In this document: one piece after another, positions 59,735 through 64,000 of the stretch
How positions within the stretch are numbered: the stretch's first letter is position 1
How the letters are laid out: each line of letters begins with the position of its first letter
NCBI RefSeq assembly: GCF_030144855.1
Contig: NC_082728.1
Coordinates: forward strand, 5,704,001 to 5,768,000
Length of the DNA stretch: 64,000 bases
Direction of reading: 5' to 3'
Source of the DNA: Hypanus sabinus
Taxonomy: Eukaryota
Made by a program: the position numbers and the translations under genes
Notes under the pieces: model-generated
Seen by the model: only the letters and a program-made list of their open reading frames with translations
The model's database searches: none
Told to the model about the DNA's origin: nothing

Positions 59735-60760
59735 GATCATTCTGACTGTGCATCACCGTCTGATGTGGAGGCACCAATGCACAGGATTGGAAAAATCTGC
59801 AGAGGATTGTAAACTTGGCCAGATCTATATTGATACTATCCTCCCCACCATTGTGGGTATCTTTGAAAGACAATGTTCCAGTAAGGGAGTATCCATCACA
59901 AAGGACCCTCGCCATCCAGGACATGCCCTTTTCTCATTCCCACCAGCAAGTACAGGAGCCTGAAGACCTACACTCAATGTTTTAGGAACAGCTTCTTCCC
60001 CTCCACCATCAGATTTCTGAATGATCCATGAACTTATGAACACCACCTCACTCTCGCTTTCTTTGCGCACTATTTATTTATTAATTATTGTAATTTATAG
60101 TAATTTTTAAGCATTGCATTAGACTGGGTAGTGGGATGAGCTCCCACTACATATTAAAAGCTCCCAATGGCATGTGTTTCAATTAGTCTTGACAAGCTCC
60201 TGACCTTTATGTGTGGCTTAGCTACTAAGTCCAGCAGAACCATTCTCTTTCTACTGACAGGAGGAGCAAAGGGTGGGGGGAGATTACTGATATTTTCAAG
60301 CTAGTTGCTTCGGGCAGATGGGGCTCATCAGCCATGCTTGGCAGTTCATCTAGGAGAAGGAAAACTCTGATCTCAAACCTCCACTGCTTTGCAGCTAAAC
60401 CCACTCATGGGGAAGGCACAGGAGTAAACCCCGAGGGGAAAATCTGGATCTGGAGTCCCTAAGGCAGTCCTACATTGAGCTCAACGTTGACTGGCAACTC
60501 CTGCGACACTGTGAGTGCCAAACTGTATCGGTCTCTGCCATTCCTCTGGATTCATCAGTTGCATGGAGAGTGGGAGCCTGCATCGGCAACAGCTTGCTCT
60601 CCATATTGTACTGCACTGGCTTGTATGTTAACTGACACATAGACATCCAAGGTGCAACATCCATGGTTGACCCTAGCCAACGGAGTGCCTTGCATTGTAA
60701 TGCTGGCACAAAACAACAAATTCCATGACTTACTGTATGTCAGTAATAATAAACCTGATT
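59735..60760 (+). mobile_element. Rex1/Babar-like LINE 3' end, interrupted by the 60121-60689 element
   Basis: KDPRHPGHALFS; aacagcttcttcccctccaccatcaga; tail gtaataataaacctgatt. Confidence 0.7.
60121..60689 (+). mobile_element. Non-coding 569-bp insertion with 7-bp TSD, probably RTE-related and non-autonomous
   Basis: TTGCATT at 60114-60120 and 60690-60696; host tail rejoins; ggagaaggaaaactctgatctcaaacctcc resembles RTE 5' regions. Confidence 0.6.
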
Positions 60761-61374
60761 TTGATCTTAATATCTTGTCTATGTTATAATGTTATTCTTT
60801 ATTTTGCAGTGTTATTGTTTTGCCTCAATGAACTGTGATCTATATGAACAGTAGACAGATTTTCACTGTAGCTCAGTCGTTGTAACAATAATAATCTAAT
60901 TCTAATCAATCTCTCGAGGTCAATTACAGCAGGAAGCTCACAGCCAATAACTGATTTCTTTCTCTTTTTTTGTAACTGTTGTTTCTAAAGATATACAGTC
61001 TCAATCAGTGAGTGTATTATACAAATTGTGACAACTGCAGTGAGAGGAGTGTCCCCATGATTTAATCTAAATAGATAAAGGGTAAATATCTGCCAGCTGG
61101 GTACAGTTGAACCTTGAAATGTTCCCTTTTAATTTGGCAGCTTTTGGAAGTTGCTGTCAGTGTGCACTTGTTTGACGTAGTCTGGTTGGAGAGTGTGATG
61201 CACTGAAAAGCATTGTATTTGCATGTTCTTGGTTGAACATGAATCTGACTATTAATGGGAATAGTTCCTACAGGAGAATAGTGATACTCTTGTTGGATTA
61301 GGGTGCAGAATTATTACTTTTCTTCTAGTTTAACTTTCCTATGCTTGCTTATAATTTTTATATAATCACCTATA

Positions 61375-61720
61375 CAAGAACATAAGACATAGAGCAGAAT
61401 TAGGCCATTCCATCATAGCTGAATTATTATTAATAGTGTCTCCCCCAACCCCACTCTATTACCTTCTTCCTGTTGCCTTTGAGCACAGACTAATCAAGGA
61501 ACTATCAAACTCCACTTTAAATATACCCAATGAATTGCCCTCCACAGCCACCTGTGGCAATGAATTCCACAGATTCACCACCATCTGGCTAAAGAAATTC
61601 CTCCTCATCTCTTTTCTAAATGGATGTCCCTCTATTCTGAGTCTGTGACCTTTGGCTCTAGACTCCCCCACTGTAGGAAACATCCTCACCACACCCACTC
61701 TATCTAAGCCTTTCAATATT
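61375..61720 (-). mobile_element. CR1 3' end
   Basis: RNFFSQMVVNLWNSLP. Confidence 0.8.
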
Positions 61721-62039
61721 GGATTTTATATGGCGAGTTCATAGGCTACATGTTGTCAATGAAATGTGCTTTATTTTTAGTCTGGCTATGAGGTGACCAC
61801 TACTTCTTCTTGCCTTTTTTTTGTTTTGTTCTTCTTTATTCTTGTAACACTTAATAAAATGACTGTAACCACTGGGATTTATGCCTCATATAATTGGTGT
61901 ATACTATTAGATAATATTAAACCTAGGAGAAAAGCTTATAAAATTGTCAGAATATTGTAAATCTAAGGATTGGGAATGCTTTAGACCTCAGTAAGCAATG
62001 TCTAAGAAATTGTTAATAGTAAAATGGATTATGAGAGTA

Positions 62040-62770
62040 ATCCAATTGAATTGACTTTATTACTTACATCCTTTATATACAAGAAGAGTAAAAATCTTTA
62101 CATTACGTCTCCATTTCAATGTGCAATTATAGTAATTTATAATAAATATGTATTACGTACAACAGGATAGTCAGTATAACATAGAAATACAGTTGTGTCA
62201 GTGTGAGTTCATCAGTCTGATGGTCTGTTGGATGAAGCTGTTCTGGAGCCTGTCGGTTCTGTCTTTAATGCTGCAGTACCATTTCCTGGATGGTGGCAGC
62301 TGGAACACTTTGTGGTTGGGGTGTCTCAGGTCCCTGATGATCCTTTGGGCCCTTTTTACATAGTTGTCTTTGTAAATATTCTGAATAGTGGGAAATTCAC
62401 ACCTACAGATGTGCTGGGCTGTCCACAACTCCCTCTGCAGAGTCCTACAGTTCCCAAACCAGGCAGTGATGCAGCCGGTCAGGATGCTCTCGATCATGGC
62501 CCTATAGAAAATAATGAGAATTTGCGGGGGGGGGGGGGCATACCAAACTTGTTTAATCGTCTGAGGTGAAAGAGGCGCTGTTGAGCCTTTTTCACCACAC
62601 AGCTGGTGTGTACAGACCAGGTGATGTGGATGCCGAAAAACTTAAAAGCTGTTCACCCCTCAACCCCAGATCCATTGATGTCTATGGGGTTGAGACATTC
62701 CTCCTGTAGTCCACAACCAGCTCCTTTACTTTTGCGACATTGAGGGAGAGGTTGTTTTCTTCACACCAGC
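62040..62770 (-). mobile_element. Rex1/Babar-like LINE 3' part
   Basis: IESILTGCITAWFGNC...HPNHKVFQL...RTDRLQNSF..QTIRLMN. Confidence 0.85.
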
Positions 62771-63203
62771 AAGAAAAGAAAAGTTTTATGGAAAGACGAA
62801 AAGTCCATTCCGGACTAATGTAGTTCCCTTATGTAAAAAGGAGAATTTTTAGATATAGCATCCTGTTGGCTTCTATCAGCAGTTGCAAAATTACGAGAAT
62901 CTCAATAGATATTGTGACGTCAAGACATTTATAAGTTGACAATAATATGACTGAGCAGTTAACTTGGATTTGTGAATGCTTCTTCAATCTATGGTGTCCT
63001 TTTAGAATTTATCCAGATTTGTAAATGAGATTTATTTTTGATTTTCAAAGGCTTTTAATAAAGGGAATGTCACACAGGAGAACATAAGGGGTTAAAACAA
63101 CGTAAATGTTCGCGTTGTGCAGCGAATTAGCAAGTAAACACGTTGAAGCAGTTTAAAATTTCGAGTGCAGCACCGTTCGAGGTGGGGAGGGGGAACTTCA
63201 GAG

Positions 63204-63284
63204 GGACAGCCGCCGCAGCCGGAGTGTATTCGAGGACGGACAGCCGCCGCAGCCGGAGTGTATTCGAGGACGGACAGCCGCCGC
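63204..63284. repeat. 34-bp direct repeat, about 2.4 copies
   Basis: GGACAGCCGCCGCAGCCGGAGTGTATTCGAGGAC at 63204 and 63238, partial copy at 63272. Confidence 0.9.
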
Positions 63285-63366
63285 TTGCTGCGCCAAGCAG
63301 AGCGATCCCCCGGGGTTAGTGAGGGGTTGGAACCGGACGGGCGGACAGGGCCCGGAGCAGCCCGCG

Positions 63367-63509
63367 ATGATCAGTCAGAGCTCACTCCAGGACTCGCTGG
63401 ACGGCGATGAGAAGGAAATGGAGCCGGAGCCGGTGGTAGAGCCGCCAGAGGGGCGGCCGAAGGAGCTGCAGCAAACGAACGCTTACTACAGCCTGTACCG
63501 GAGGCAGAG
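63367..63509 (+). CDS. C17orf75: First coding exon of a Njmu-R1 (C17orf75) homologue, 3'-partial
   Basis: MISQSSLQDSLDGDEKEMEPEP...NAYYSLYRRQ(R) resembles the human N-terminus as I recall it (SLQESMDGDEKE...HYCLYSYR). Lies in a CpG island, ends AG|gtgaag, and is divergent from ZNF207 as in human. Confidence 0.8.
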
Positions 63510-63524
63510 GTGAAGACAGCCGCC

Positions 63525-64000
63525 ATTCATAGAACAGTATGGCCTTTTCGGCCCACGATATTGTGCTGCATAGTCAATCTAACCCTTCCCACCTAACCTC
63601 CATTTTTCTTACATCCATGTCGTTAACCTCACACAGAACAGTAGAGCAAAGTAAGGCCCTTCGGCCCACGATGTCGTGCAGACCTTTAAACCTGCTCCTA
63701 GATCAATCTAACCAATCCCTCCTACAAAGCCCTCAATTTTTCTTTCATGCATGTACTTAACTAAGAGTTTCTTATATTATGTCACTAATATATTTGTCTC
63801 TACCACTACACCAGGCAGTGTGTTAAAGACATCCACTATACTCTGTGTAAAGAACATACTTTTGATATCATTCCCCTTATAATTTTTTCCAATCACCTTA
63901 AAATTATACTCCCTCATGTTAACTATTTCTACCCTGGAAAACAGTGTCTCTGGCTGTCCACTCTATCTATGCCTCTCATCATCTTATTCACCTCTAGCAA
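63525..64000 (-). mobile_element. Tandem CR1 3' ends in intron 1 of the C17orf75 homologue
   Basis: ggcccttcggcccacgat-like motif twice; ctgtccactctatctatgcctctcat. Confidence 0.7.

Larger units (their letters stand above)
63100..63525 (+). promoter_or_regulatory. CpG-island promoter of the C17orf75 homologue
   Basis: Abrupt CpG/GC enrichment around the ATG at 63367. Confidence 0.75.

Overview
Repeat-rich vertebrate genomic DNA; the repeat complement suggests a cartilaginous fish such as a ray (inference). It holds three protein-coding genes. (1) ADAP2 (centaurin-alpha-2; ArfGAP plus two PH domains), + strand, 10 coding exons from 3263 to the stop at 22563; its first exon is not in the window. 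(2) A complete ZNF207/BuGZ, - strand, 11 coding exons (52972->35504, 1458 nt, 485 aa), whose first intron has U12 (minor spliceosome) signals. (3) The first coding exon of a C17orf75/Njmu-R1 homologue, + strand (63367-63509), head-to-head with ZNF207. The rest is mainly CR1, Rex1/Babar-like and RTE LINE fragments, Penelope-like elements, SINEs, Tc1 and Tigger-like DNA transposons and solo LTRs. Most notable: a family of Penelope-associated minimal hammerhead-ribozyme motifs; a 2.6-kb 48/33-bp higher-order tandem array amplified from inside a LINE, which is stop-free in all three minus-strand frames; a TSD-flanked structured 569-bp element; a probable long ZNF207 3' UTR; and a CpG-retaining enhancer-like zone between the convergent genes. 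Exon boundaries were read base by base; repeat boundaries are approximate unless TSDs or TIRs are quoted.
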